Shown one piece after another: positions 1-11,854 of a stretch of 64,000 nucleotides of DNA (position 1 is its first letter; each line of letters opens with the position of its first letter). The position numbers and the translations under genes are program-made. This stretch comes from Rebecca billardiae RCC1528 (lineage: Eukaryota; Protista; Haptophyta). Below the pieces are notes generated by a model. That model had not been told where the DNA came from. It searched no databases and saw nothing but the letters and a program-made list of their open reading frames with translations. The stretch is from NCBI GenBank assembly GCA_965240325.2, contig OZ251235.1, forward strand, positions 124,001 through 188,000. Direction: 5' to 3'.

Positions 1-120
1 ACTTCTTGCCGCGCGCGCACTCAAGTTCAGGTCTTCAGGACGACTGGGCTGCGCGGTGGGCTCGCCCTGCTCCCGGCTGGCCCGGTGGCGCCCTGACGAG
101 GCACTGTCTTCGTCACCATC

Positions 121-3100
121 ATGAAGCGAGCGCGCAACACGGGAGAGGAGGAGGACAGCGCCGGCGCGGTGCGCGCGCGGGCACGCGGCGCGCCACCCGC
201 GGTCAACGCTCGATGCGCCCGCGCGCACGTGGGCTCGGCTCGTCGCACTCACACGGCACGCCCTGCGCGCGTGCGCGCCATGCATCCCTGCAGGGCCGCG
301 GCAAGAAGTCTGCCCGCGCGGAGAGCAAGCCCGCGGCAGACGAGGCGCCCAAGGGGCCGACGACCACGCGTGGCGCCGCCAAGTCGGGTGGCGAGCGCCC
401 CGCCGGCCGCCAGCTGCGCGTGAAGCTGACGGGAGCTCCGCCGATGCTTCGCGAGGGCGCGGGTGCCATCTCAAGTGATGAGCCGTCGGCCGAGGCGCCC
501 GCTGCGGGGATCGCGGCGAGCGCGCCCGCCGGGCATTTCGCGCCGCGCACGCAGGTCATCCTCACCAACGGCCGCATCTCGTACGAGGCGGAGGTGCGCG
601 CACGCTGCGCGGCAGCAGTGCGCGCGTGGAGGCGCGCCCGCACTCGCGCGCTGACACTCGCGCGATGCCGCGGCTGCGCGCGCGCGTGGGCGATCGCGCG
701 CGCAGATCGTGCGCTACGCGGAGCGCCCCGCACCGCCCGCCGCGCCCGCGAAGAAGGGCCCCGCGGGCTCGCGGGCCGCCGCGCAGCAGCCGGCGCCGCC
801 GCGCGCCGCCCCAGGCCCGCGCTGGGGCTACTACGTGACCTACCTGCGCTGGCCCAAGCGGCCGGAGGAGTGGGTGCCTGAGAGCGTGGTGCAGGCGTGG
901 ACGGAGGCGGCGGGGAAGGTGCGAGCTGCGCCCCCTCCCGCGCGCGCGCGAGCGCCGCCGCCACGGCTCCGCTCCACCCGACCGCGCTCACGCACCGCGC
1001 GCGCGCACGCCGCTGATGCGCTGTGCGCCGCCCGCCGTGTGCGCGCGCCTCGATGCCTGCCCCGACCCCTCCTGCTCCGCCGCTGCCGCCGTCTCGTGCG
1101 GCGCGGCGCGACACCAGGCGGCTTCGATCCGACCGCCGCGCAAGGAGCAGTGGGATACCGCCGACGCCGCGGGCGCCTCCGCCGCCGACGAGGTGGGCAG
1201 CGCGGAGGAGGGCGGTGGCCAGGGGGCAGCGGCCAGCGGCGGCGCTGCGGAGGACGCGGCCGCTGCCGGCGGCGCGGCCGGCGGCGCGGCCGCGGCGGCG
1301 GGCGGCGCGGCCGCGGGTGGCAGCCGGATGACGGAGCGGCAGCAGCTCGCGCTGCTGCTCAAGGAGTCCGACGACTCGCGTGGCAAGGTGCGCGGTCGGG
1401 CGTCCGCAGCCGCCGCGGGCTCGTCCGCCGCCGACGCGGACGCGGACGCAGAGGCGGGCGGCGGCGGGCGCGGCGGCAGGGCTGCTGCCAAGGGCGGCGG
1501 CGCCGCCGCGGGCGCAGGCGCGGGCAGCAGCGTGCGCGCGGAGGAGGAGGAGGCGAAGGTGCTCAGCGGGATGCCGCGCGGCGCGGCGCGCTCCGAGCGC
1601 CGCGTCGCCGCGCGCGAGTCCGCGCAGCAGCAGCACATGGCGGACAAGGAGGAGGCGATGACCGCGCTCGGCGCGCTCGCTGCCGGAGCCTTCCAGCAGG
1701 CGCACGCGGCGGAGGCGGAGGAGGGCGGAGCCGCCGACGACGGCGAGGACAGAGGCGAGGAGGGGATGGACGACGACGGCGCGGACGACGACTACGACGA
1801 CGACGGCGACGGCGTGGGCGGCGATGTCGGCATGGGCGAGGAGGAGGCCGAGGAGGAGCTCGAGGGCGAAGAGGTGCGTGCGCACACGCGCTCTGTCGGC
1901 TGCGCGTGCTGAGCCCTCCGTGTCGCCCCTGCGCCATGAGTTGGTGTGCACGGCACCGCCTCTGCGCCGGCTGTGCGCGGCAGCGCGCCGCCGCGCGCTG
2001 CGGCCTGGCCGCGCCGCGCCGTCGGCTGTGCGCGGCGCGCGTGTGCCTGCCGAGGGCCTGGCGGCCCCGCGTGCCGCGCCGCCGCGCGCTGCCTGCGCCG
2101 GCACCACGCGGCTGGGGGCCCGCGGCCCCCGGCCGTGTCGCCGCGCGCTTGCGCGTGGCCGCCGCCTGCACCGCCGGCCGCCTCGCGCAAGCGCGGGTCC
2201 GCCGCGCACCGCTCACTCACTCGGCCGCCCGCGCCTGCACGCCGCGCCGCGCCTCTCGCTGTTCGCAGGACGAGGTCGACGAGGAGGTGGAGGCGGAGGG
2301 CGGCGAGGAGGAGGAGGAGGAGGGCGGCGAGGAGGAGGAGGAGGGCGACGGCGAGGAGGAGGACGACGACGACGACGACGAGGACGAGGAGGGCGACGAC
2401 GAAGACGCGGCCGGCGCCAAGCCCACCGACGCGGACGCGGAGCCGATCGACATGGAGGCGGACGACGACGACATCGAGGAGCGGGGCAAGGCCCGCGCGG
2501 CGAGGCGCCGAGGGCGGCCGGGCGCGGGCCCGCTCTCGCCCGCGATCAAGATCGCATCGCTCGACCCGTCGGACGCGCTCGCGGCCGCGCAGCCCTCCGG
2601 CGCGCGCACGCCCTCCGCGCCGCGCGTGTCGGGCAAGCGGCGTAAGGGAGTGCCCAGCCGCGCGCTCGCCGCGCAGACGGTGCCGCAGGCGCTGGACATG
2701 TGGGAGAAGGCCCTGTGCGCGCCACGCGCGCGCGCCAAGTGCGCGCCCGCAGCGAGCGCGATGAGCCGTGCGCGCCCGAGCCCTCACCGCGCGCACGCCC
2801 CCGCGCCGTGCCGCTCGCGCCGCGCCACCGCCCGTCGGCGCGCAGCAACGACGAGCTGCGCTTCGTGACCAAGCTGAGCGACCCTTCCAAGTACCGGCTG
2901 CTGCTCAAGCCGGCGATCGACCAGGACCGGCCGGACCTCAAGCCGAACGCGGGGCGCTTCTCGAGCGCGCCGCCGCCGCCGGTCGCGCTCGGCCAGCTGC
3001 AGACGGCGCTCACAAAAGCCGACGCGCCGGCGGGCGCGCCGCCGGACGCGCGGCCGACGCGGCGCAAGCAGCGGGCACCGATGCGCGCGCCGCTGCAGCT

Positions 3101-3128
3101 GCCGGCCCTCGCGGCGCCGAGTGTGTGA
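121..3128 (+). CDS. Chromo-barrel (Tudor-knot) domain protein with long acidic/low-complexity regions; 6 exons (121-168, 294-593, 706-918, 1118-1873, 2269-2714, 2846-3128)
   Basis: Five GT..AG introns join the ORF-track fragments in frame. The spliced product reads QVILTNGRISYEAEIVRY...YYVTYLRWPKRPEEWVPE, matching the MRG/Esa1 chromo-barrel pattern YEAK(I)...YYVHYxGWxxRxDEWV. D/E tracts lie at 1730-1870 and 2269-2480. Confidence 0.7.
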
Positions 3129-3506
3129 CGCGCGTCGCGCCGCCGCTAGGCGTTGCTTGCCCGGTGCCGAGCGGGTGGCTCACTCGCGCCTGTGAGTGTG
3201 GGGCCTCGTGTGCGCCGCCAGCGTGAGCGTCGACGAATCGTAGCTAGTAGTGCTGGTCGCGGCCAGTCGCCGCGCCCGCTGCGGCGAGTCTGCTCACTCT
3301 ATGCACGCCCGATGATGCCGTGACGTGACTACTGACCAGAGCCTGCCGGATGATATTGCTGACGATGACGATGCTGATGTAGTCGTCTTCACATCAGTCA
3401 CTAGTGAATCAGTGCGTATAGTTATTCGTCATCGGTCATGTCGTCGCTAACAGTAACTACTGACGAGTCTCCGCCTCCGCCGGCCTATGGGCCAGCCCAA
3501 CACCCG

Positions 3507-6500
3507 TCAGGGTGCCACACCCTTGAACGGCGCGCCGCCGGTGCCGGGCGCGCCACCGCCGCCGCCGCCACCGCCACTCGCGGCCGCGCCGCCGCCGAGC
3601 TTTGCGCGCGAGGGCTGAGTGCCAAACACACGGGCGGAGGCGGCGCGCATGCTGTCCATGCGCCTGGGCGGCGAGGACGGCCGCGCCGCGCCGCTCTCCT
3701 CGTCGCCGCCGTTCGGCGCCACCGGCTTGGCGGGCGTCGCGCCCGTCTTGGCCGCCGACTTTGGCGGCGATTCGGGCGGCGACGCCGGCGCCATCTTAGT
3801 GATGGCGACCGCGCTGAGCCCGTCGGCGCGCGACGCGTCTCGCTGCCGCACCATGTTGCGGACGAGGCGCATGCGCACGCCGGCCGAGCGCTTGCGCAGC
3901 CGCGCGCGCCGCTGCGACTCGAGCAGCGACTCGCGCAGCGCGTGCGCGAGCTCGAGCGTCGACGCGTGCATGTGCACGCCCGGCCGCAGCACCGACGGGT
4001 ACGTCTCGAAGAGCACGCGCGCGAGCCCGTCCGCGCCCCACTTGGCCGGGACGAAGGAGCGGCGGACGTGCTCCCACGGCGCGTAGAGCGGGTCGTTGGT
4101 GTCGTGCAGCAGCACGGGCAGCACCGGCAGCCTGGGCGGCAGCCCGTCCGCCACCGACGACGCCGCGTCCGTGCCGTCGTCCAGCTCCTCGGAGTCGGGC
4201 TCATCACGGATGCCCGCGACGGCGCACGCATTGGCGAGCGTGCGCGAGAGCTGCGGCGAGCGCGGCCAGAGGATGAGCACGGGGCCGTCCGCGTGCGCGC
4301 GCTGCGGCTCGGAGCCGCCGCCGCCGCCGAAGAGCCCGCGGCCACTCGGCGCCTCCGGCCGCTTACCCGCCTTACCCGCCTTACCCAGCTCGTACGGCGC
4401 GCACGCGCGCACGGGCTTGGTCAGCAGCGCGGCGATGTGGGCGAGCGGCCTGGGCTCGGCGTTGGCAAGCTGCTCCTCGTCGCGCTCCTGCGGCGCGCGG
4501 GGCGCGCGCGGAGAAGGATAGTGAGTGCGCGTCGGCGCGCAACGCGCGCGCGTGGGCCGCCATGCCCACGCGCGGCGGCATGGCGGCCCGCCCCGCGTCC
4601 GGTCCGCACGACGCGTCCGCCTCGTTTGGTGCGCGGGTGTGTGCCTTCGGCTCGAAGCGACGCGCCACCCCGCGGCGGCCTCGGCGCACCGCGCCCCCCC
4701 GCTCGAGCGCGGCGCGGCGGGTGCGTCCGGCGCGGCTTCACACCTCGTAAAACTCGCAGCGCACGGCGCGCACGGCGGAGGTGAGCAGCTGCGGCACCTG
4801 CGCGGGCGGCACGACGGTGGCCTCGGCGCGCCGCGCGGACGAGTTGCCGCCGGCGATGCTCGAGCGGCGCGCGACGCTCGGGCGGTGCTGGCCGGCGAGG
4901 CCCGGCTGTGCAGGCTGCTGTGCGCCGCCGCCGCCGCCGCCGCCCTTTTCGGCGCCGCCCGGCTTGTCGGCGCCGCCGCCCTGCCGCCCGCCCCCACCGC
5001 CGGCCGCGTGGTGCGCGTGGCGCGCGCCGCCCATCAGCAGCGCCGAGAGCGTCTTCATGTCGCGCTCCTGATACGCCGCCTTGATGCGCCCGAGCCGCCG
5101 CTGGTCGGTTACCACGACGCCGTAACCGAACGCGTCTGCGCGCAGCAGCAGCAGCGAGTTGCCGCCGGCGGGCGGCGGCACCGAGCGCCCGGGCTGCGGC
5201 ACGGCGGAGCCCGGCGCGGCGAACGGCGCTAGCAGCGGGTCCTCCTCGGGCGGGAAGCTCGCGGAAAGTTCGTTGGTGAGCGGCACGAGGTGGCCGAGCT
5301 CGGGCGGTGCGTCGAGCGCCGAGCCGGCGCCGCGGCCGCGCAGCCGGTTGGCGTAGGTGCTGAGCACGCTCGCGGCGCGCGCGAGCCAAGGCGCGCGCCG
5401 CCAGAGCGGCGCGAGGCGCGCGTACCGCGTCGAGACGGCGTGCACCGGGATCGACGCCGCCGCGTCCTCGCGCAGCAGCGCGTGCTCGAGCACGGCGCGC
5501 AGCGGCGCCGCCTCGGCCTCCTCCTTGTCCGCCTTGAGCCCGATCTGCAGCGTGCGCGCCTCGCCCTCGATCTCGCCGAGGTGCGGCTTGAGCCCGCCCG
5601 CGCGCCGCAGCAGCTGCGCAGCGCGCAGGTGCTCCGCGATCGCGAGCGCGGAGGCGGAGAGGTACGCACCCTCGTCCTCCGGCCGCCCGCCCTGCGCGTG
5701 CCACGGGATCATCTCCGCGTCCGGCACCGCGTCCAGCAGCGCCGCCGCCGCCGCCGAGCCCGACTCGGCGCACTGCGCGCGCAGCTGCTCGATGGAGACG
5801 CCACCACGCGACGGCTTGGCGACGTACACTACCACCACCTTCTTGTCCGGCGCGAGCTGCGCCGCCTGCAGCTGCGCGAGCGCGCCGCCGTCGGCGGTGA
5901 AGTAGCCGTCGGAGACGAGCACGATCACCGCGCGCGCCTGGTCCATCCGCTCGCGCCACTTCTTACCGGACTGGCCGATCACGAGGTCCGGGACGAGCGC
6001 GCTCACGCGCTCGCGCAGCTCGTTGGCCGGCTGCTGCCCCGAGTGCCACGCGTACGAGAGGAAGGCGTGGCACCCGCCGGCGACCTGCTCGTCGAGCCGC
6101 GTCGCGCGCATCCGCGTCTTGTCCAGCCGGTCGCGCAGCACGGGCAACTGCCGCTCCTGGTACGCGCGCCACGGCAGCAGCAGCACGGCGGTGAGCAGCA
6201 CGAGCACGAAGATACCGGTCAGATACGCACCCAGAATGGACTCGTAGAGGGAGAGCCGCAGCCCGCCCTCGAACAGCGCCTTGGCCGACCACGCGTCGAA
6301 GCCGGCGCGGAGCGAGAGGTTGTCCGCGCCCTCCGAGCCTGCGGTCAGGTGCACCGCAAGCGCGCCCACCAGCATCAGCTGCATCGCGAGCTGCGCGACG
6401 AGGACGAGGTCGTTGTCGAGCGCGGACTGCAGCGGCCGGATGCGCGCAAGCACCGCGACAAAGACGGACTGCACGAAGATCGCCGTGAGCAGCTGCGCGA

Positions 6501-9500
6501 CGGACGCGTACGACGACGCGTCCGCGCCGCCGCCCGAGTTGGGCGCGGCGCCGAGCACAGCCACGCGCACCAGGATCACGCCGCCGACCAGCACGAGCTT
6601 GCGCAATGTCTCCACCGCCTCCCACCAGACGGTGTGCGGCGCGAGCCCGACGCGGATGAAGGAGAGCGGCGACTGCCCCGCCACCCACTCCGAGTCGTCC
6701 TTGCGCAGCACGCGGTAGAAGGCGTACGGCAGCGCGACCGAGTAGACAAACATCGCGATGTACGCAAACGGCAGGTACGCCTCGTGCTCCGGAGAGTCGA
6801 AGTCGACCGAGTAGTCGGACTTAAGCACGCGCTTCGGCCGGCTCGCCTCGATGTCGACAGACTCCGTGTTGACTGCCGAGAAGAGCGACGCGGTCGCGGA
6901 GGGCAGGATGAGGTACGCGCTCATCAGGAACGGGCGGAGCACCGAGCCCACAAAGTCGCGCCGCTTGTCGAACAGCTTGGAGTGGTGCCGCGCGCGGTGG
7001 TAGAGCTCGAAGAGGAGCCACACGCCGCCGAAGACGGAGAGCACGCCGAGGGGCGCGAGCGCGATCCCGACCATTCCGGTGTGGTACCCCACGCCGATGC
7101 AGTTGAAGCCGTTGAGGTACAGGTTGTCGAAGGCGAGCCAGCGGAAGCCGCCGAGCGTCTCGCGGAACGCGACCGGCAGCGTGACGCCGTACACGCGCTC
7201 GAGCAGCAGCGTGAGCTGCACGAACGCGAGCGTGGTGCGCGCGGCCACCTTGAACGAGACGACGACCGCGGGCGTGACCGCGCCCGCCAGCGCCACCTTG
7301 AGCTGCGTGAGCAGCTTGCGCGAGGGCTTGGGCTTCACGCCCGGCTTGTGTCCCTTCAGCCAGCGCGCCAGCGCCGCCGCCTTCTCGTCCATCCGCCCGT
7401 GGAAGCTCGCGATGATCAGCACGACGCACACGAGCGAGAAGCCGATCATCAGCCCGAACACGAGCTCCGCGCGGCGCGTCGCCGCCGGGCAGCGCGCGCA
7501 ACGGTCGTCCGTGCCCATGAAGAAGCTGCGCGCGCGCGGCCGCGCAGAGACAGGCAGACACCCAACGGCACGCGCGCAGAAGCGGGGCAGAGCGAGGGGC
7601 GGCGGCGCGTGCGCGCGCGCCGGCCGCTCAGGCTCGCGAGTGGCGCGCGGGCGGCGGCACGCACCGCACGCCCGCCGGCTGGCGCGCGCGCGCGCACCCC
7701 GGATCGCACACTTCGCAGTATGGCCCGCCGTGGTGCTCGGCGCACAGGTCGCCGCTCTTGGCGCCCTTCGAGCCCGGGCACGCGCGCTCGCCGCGGCCGC
7801 ACTCGCGCAGGTCTGCCGTGTCCTTGGAGTTGCGCCAGAAGCCGGGCTTCACCTCGAGCGTGGCGAGCGTCGAGCCCACCCTCGCGCACGAGACGGACGC
7901 GTTGCACGCGAAGCAGATTCGGTTCGACTCGTTGTACTTGCGCTCGTAGTACCCCTGCTGGCACACGCAGCCCGTCCGTGCACTGCTGGCACACGTCGTT
8001 GTCGTCCGCGTCGTCCGCCGTGCGGAACGTGCCGATCGGGCACGGCTCGCTGCGCGCGCAGGCCGCCGGGCGCCGGGCGGGGCGGCGCGCGGCGCGCGGC
8101 GCAGAGCGTGAGGGCGAGCGCGCCTGCCCGGAGACGCGCGGCGCGGCCGTTACGCGCGACGGTTACGCACCACGGCGTGTTGCCCGTGCGGCCGAGCCCG
8201 GCGGGGCACGAGCCTCTGTACGTGAAGAGGCCGCTGGCGAAGGCGTCCTGCGCGCCCGTCTGGTTCTTGACGATCCGGATCGACGGCACGTCGGCGAAGT
8301 CGGCGGTGGGCTTGGGCGGCGCGACGCACCACGCAAACTGCGGCGAGATGATGCCGGGCTCGGCGCACGCCGCCTGCGCGCCTGTCACCTCGTCGACCAG
8401 AAAGATCTGCATCTGGTCGCACGGCACGTCGCACGCGTCGCCAAAGTTGGCGCCCTGCAGGAAGAGCGGGCCCGGGTCGTTGGGGTTGAACTCCTGCGCG
8501 TTCAGGATGAGGTTGACGACGGCGGAGGGCGGCGGCGGCGAGGGCGGCGGCGGCGAGGGCGGCGGCGAGGGCGGCGGCGAGGGCGGCGGCAGTGGCGGCG
8601 GCGGCGAGGGCGGCGGCGAGGGCGGCGGCGAGGGCGGAGGGCTCGGCGGCGGCGACGGCGGCGGCGGGCTGGGCGGCGGGCTCGGCGGCGGCGACGGCGG
8701 CGGCGGGCTGGGCGGCGGGCTGGGCGGCGGCGACGGCGGCGGCGAGGGCGGCGGCGTAGGCGGCGGCGGCGGGCTGGGCGGCGGGCTGGGCGGCGGGCTG
8801 GGCGGCGGGCTCGGCGGCGGTGACGGCGGCGGGCTCGGCGGCGGCGAGGGCGGCGGCGGGCTGGGCGGCGGGCTGGGCGGCGGGCTGGGCGGCGGCGAGG
8901 GCGGCGGGCTGGGCGGCGGCGAGGGCGGCGGGCTGGGCGGCGGGCTGGGCGGCGGCGAGGGCGGCGGCGGGCTCGGCGGAGGGCTGGGCGGCGGCGAGGG
9001 AGGCGGGCTCGGCGGCGGCGACGGCGGGCTGGGCGGCGGGAACGGCAGGCCGCGCGGCGGCGGCGGCGGCAGCGGCGGTGGGCTGGGCGGCGGGCTGGGC
9101 GGCGGGCTGGGCGGCGGGCTGGGCGGCGGCGGCGGCGGGCTCGGCGGCGGGCTCGGCGGCACATTGAGCAGCGCCACCTTCTGTACCGTCGCGCCCACCG
9201 CCTGCTGCAGCGCCGCGCCGTCCGTCTGCGCCACCGTCGCCACGACGTTCACCGGGTTGGGTTCGTCTGCCGGCTGGAAGATCTCCACGTCCACAACGGT
9301 CGAGCCTCCAAAGACGGCGATGATCCGGATGCGCCGCTCGTCGAAGTCGCAGCCGCACTCGGCAGAGAGCTGCGCGTCGATGAAGGCGATCAGCGCCGCC
9401 TCCTGTGTCGCGTTCCACGTGGCCACGTCCACGTTGAACTCGTAGGAGACGATCGTCACCTCGCCCGGAGGCGGCGGCGAAGGCGGCGGGTGCGGCGGCG

Positions 9501-11854
9501 GGCTGGGCGGCGGGCTGGGCGGCGGGCTCGGCGGCGGCGAGGGAGGCGGCGGTGGCGGCGGGCTCGGCGGTGGCGAGGGAGGCGGTGGGCTGGGCGGCGG
9601 GCTGGGCGGCGGGCTGGGCGGCGGCAGCGGCGGCGAGGCCGGGAGCGGCGACGGCGGAGGGCTTGGCGGCGGTCGCGGCGGCATCTGCGGGAGCGGCGAC
9701 GGCGGAGGGCTCGGCGGCGGTCGCGGCGGCAGCTGCGGGAGCGGTGACGGCGGAGGGCTCGGCGGCGGCCGCGGCGGCAGCTGCGGGAGCGGTGACGGCG
9801 GAGGGCTCGGCGGCGGCTGCGGTGGCAGCTGCGGGAGCGGCGAGGGCGGCGGCGAGGGCGGCGGCCGCGGCGGCTGGGCAGGGAGCGGCGAGGGCGGCGG
9901 CGAGGGTGGCGGGAGCGGCGGCAGCTGCGGGGGCGGCGACGGCTGAGGGCTCGGCGGCGGGAGCGGCGGTGGGCTCGGTGGCACGCTTGGTGGCGCCGAT
10001 GGCGGTGGGCTTGGTGGCGGGCTCGGTGGTGGTGACGGCGGAGGCGACGGTGGCGGGCTCGGCGGTGGTGGGCCCGGCGGCGGCAATGGCGGCGGCGATG
10101 GTGGAGGGCTCGGCGGTGGTGACGGCGGCGGTGGGCTCGGCGGCGGTGAAGGAGGCGGGCTCGGCGGTGGGCTCGGTGGTAGGCTCGGCGGCGGCGGGCT
10201 CGGCGGTGGGCTCGGTGGCACGCTCGGTGGTGGTGACGGCGGTGGGCTTGGTGGCGGGCTCGGAATGGGTGACGGCGGAGGCGACGGTGGCGGGCCCGGC
10301 GGTGGTGGGCCCGGCGGCGGCGATGGCGGCGGCGATGGTGGAGGGCTCGGCGGTGGTGACGGCGGCGGTGGGCTCGGCGGCAGTGATGGAGGCGGGCTCG
10401 GCGGCGGGCTCGGCGGCGGAGAGCTTGGCGGCGGAGGGCTCGGCGGCGGGATCGGTGGGCTCGGGGGCGGTGGGCTCGCGGCCGGGACGCGTGCACCAAG
10501 CTTGAGCATGTACACAGTCGTGTCGCCCGGTGCGCCCACCGCCGCATCCGCTTGCCCATCGCCGTCAAGATCGCCGAGCAGCGCCGCGCCGGTGCCGAAG
10601 ACGTCGTCCGCCGAGAGCGGCGAGCCGAAGCCGTCCGTCCCGTTGGTGATCAGCTCAGACTGGCGTACAGTGCCGTCCCTGCGGAGGTAGAGCACCAACG
10701 CCGCGCCCTTGTTCCCGTCGTAGTCAGGAGCTCCCACGAGCGCATCGGTGATGCCGTCGCCGTCAACGTCCTGCCCGGCGGAGACGGACCTCCCGAAGAC
10801 CATGCCAAACTGGTCGAGCCCTTCCACAGCGCCCCCCACCGACGCAGTCGACGACACCTTTTGCGCACGCTTGATCGAGCCGTCGGTGCGCAGAAAGAGT
10901 GTGTACACGGCGCCGGTGAAGAGGAAATCATCGCTGTCGAAAGGCGCTCCGACCATCACGTCGGTCACGCCGTCGCCGTCGAGATCGCCGTGCGAGGCGC
11001 AGGACCTGCCGAACCAAGGAGACAATCCTCCGTCAGTCAACGTCACGTTGTGCTTCACCTCCGACCTGACGGTGCCGTCGCTGTTGAGGAAGAGCACGAA
11101 GACGCTGTCGATCCCATACGCACCCACGAGCGCATCGGGCACGCCGTCGCCGTCAAGGTCGCCGAGGCGTGCAACGCACGAGCCGAAAGAATCATCATCT
11201 TGCAAGGCGTAGCTCAGCCCGCCCTCTGTCTCCGAGATCTTGGTCGACGCCTTGAGGGTGGCGTCGGCGTGCAGGAAGAGCACGTACGCTGCACCGCGGA
11301 AAAAGCCGCCACCGAACTCAAAAGTGTCGCCGACCATGATGTCGTCCACGCCGTCACCGTCAACGTCGCCGAGCACATCCATGCCGTCGCCCGGAACGCG
11401 GCTGCCGGCGATGACGAGCTTCGTGTTGCGCTTGACGGTGCCGTTGGCGTTGAGCAGCAGCGCATACAGCTCGCCCTCGAGTGCTCACGAGCAGATCGGG
11501 CACGCCGTCGGCGTCGAAGTCGCCCAGCGGCGCGAGACTGTACCCAAACGTGCCCGGTGAGCTCGGAGGGCTGACGTAGCCGACATCGTCGGGCGAGATG
11601 CGTGAGAGTGACGCCACCGTCTTGGGCGGAGACGGCGGCGGGCTCGGCGGCAGCGCACTCGGCGGCGGACTCGGTGGCGGGAGCGGCCCCGCGGTCGGCG
11701 GCCCCGCGGTCGGCGGCCCCGCGGCCGGCGGCCCTTGGCCCTGCGCTCCGATGACTACGGCGGCGATGACCGTGAGCACGGCGAGCGCCTGCCGGCCGCG
11801 GCTGGACGGCAGGCGATGCACTAGTCTACCGCGGACAATGTGTTCTCGGCGCAT
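3507..11854 (-). CDS. Giant receptor-like membrane protein: signal peptide, FG-GAP propeller, Pro-rich stalks, SEA-like, IPT/TIG, Cys-rich, ~9 TM, TIR-like; exons 11854-8171, 8049-7698, 7525-4744, 4487-3507; two 1-nt frameshifts (~11482, ~7970)
   Basis: Three GT..AG introns (8050-8170, 7526-7697, 4488-4743) are phase-consistent. Motifs in order: ALAVLTVIAAVVIGAQG, six FG...GDxDxDG repeats, SPPP arrays, GGSTVVDVEI, GANFG...CVAPP...FTY, CPIGTF/CQQGYY/KPGFWR/GPYCEVC, LKSDYS/WWEAVETLRK, HAFLSYAW. Confidence 0.75.
8520..10470 (-). repeat. Coding extensin/pherophorin-like SPPP tandem arrays, interrupted by a globular domain at ~9160-9460
   Basis: GGC-rich 12-15-nt units. A 48-nt unit (SPPPSPLPQLPPRPPP) repeats about 5 times at ~9640-9930. 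Segment ~9970-10150 recurs 237 nt away at ~10207-10385. Confidence 0.9.

Noticed and set aside
8520-10470. Regular repeats resembling a CRISPR array or collagen/Gly-rich protein on the + strand
   Set aside because: There are no unique spacers or cas genes. The repeats encode SPPP stalks on the minus strand.
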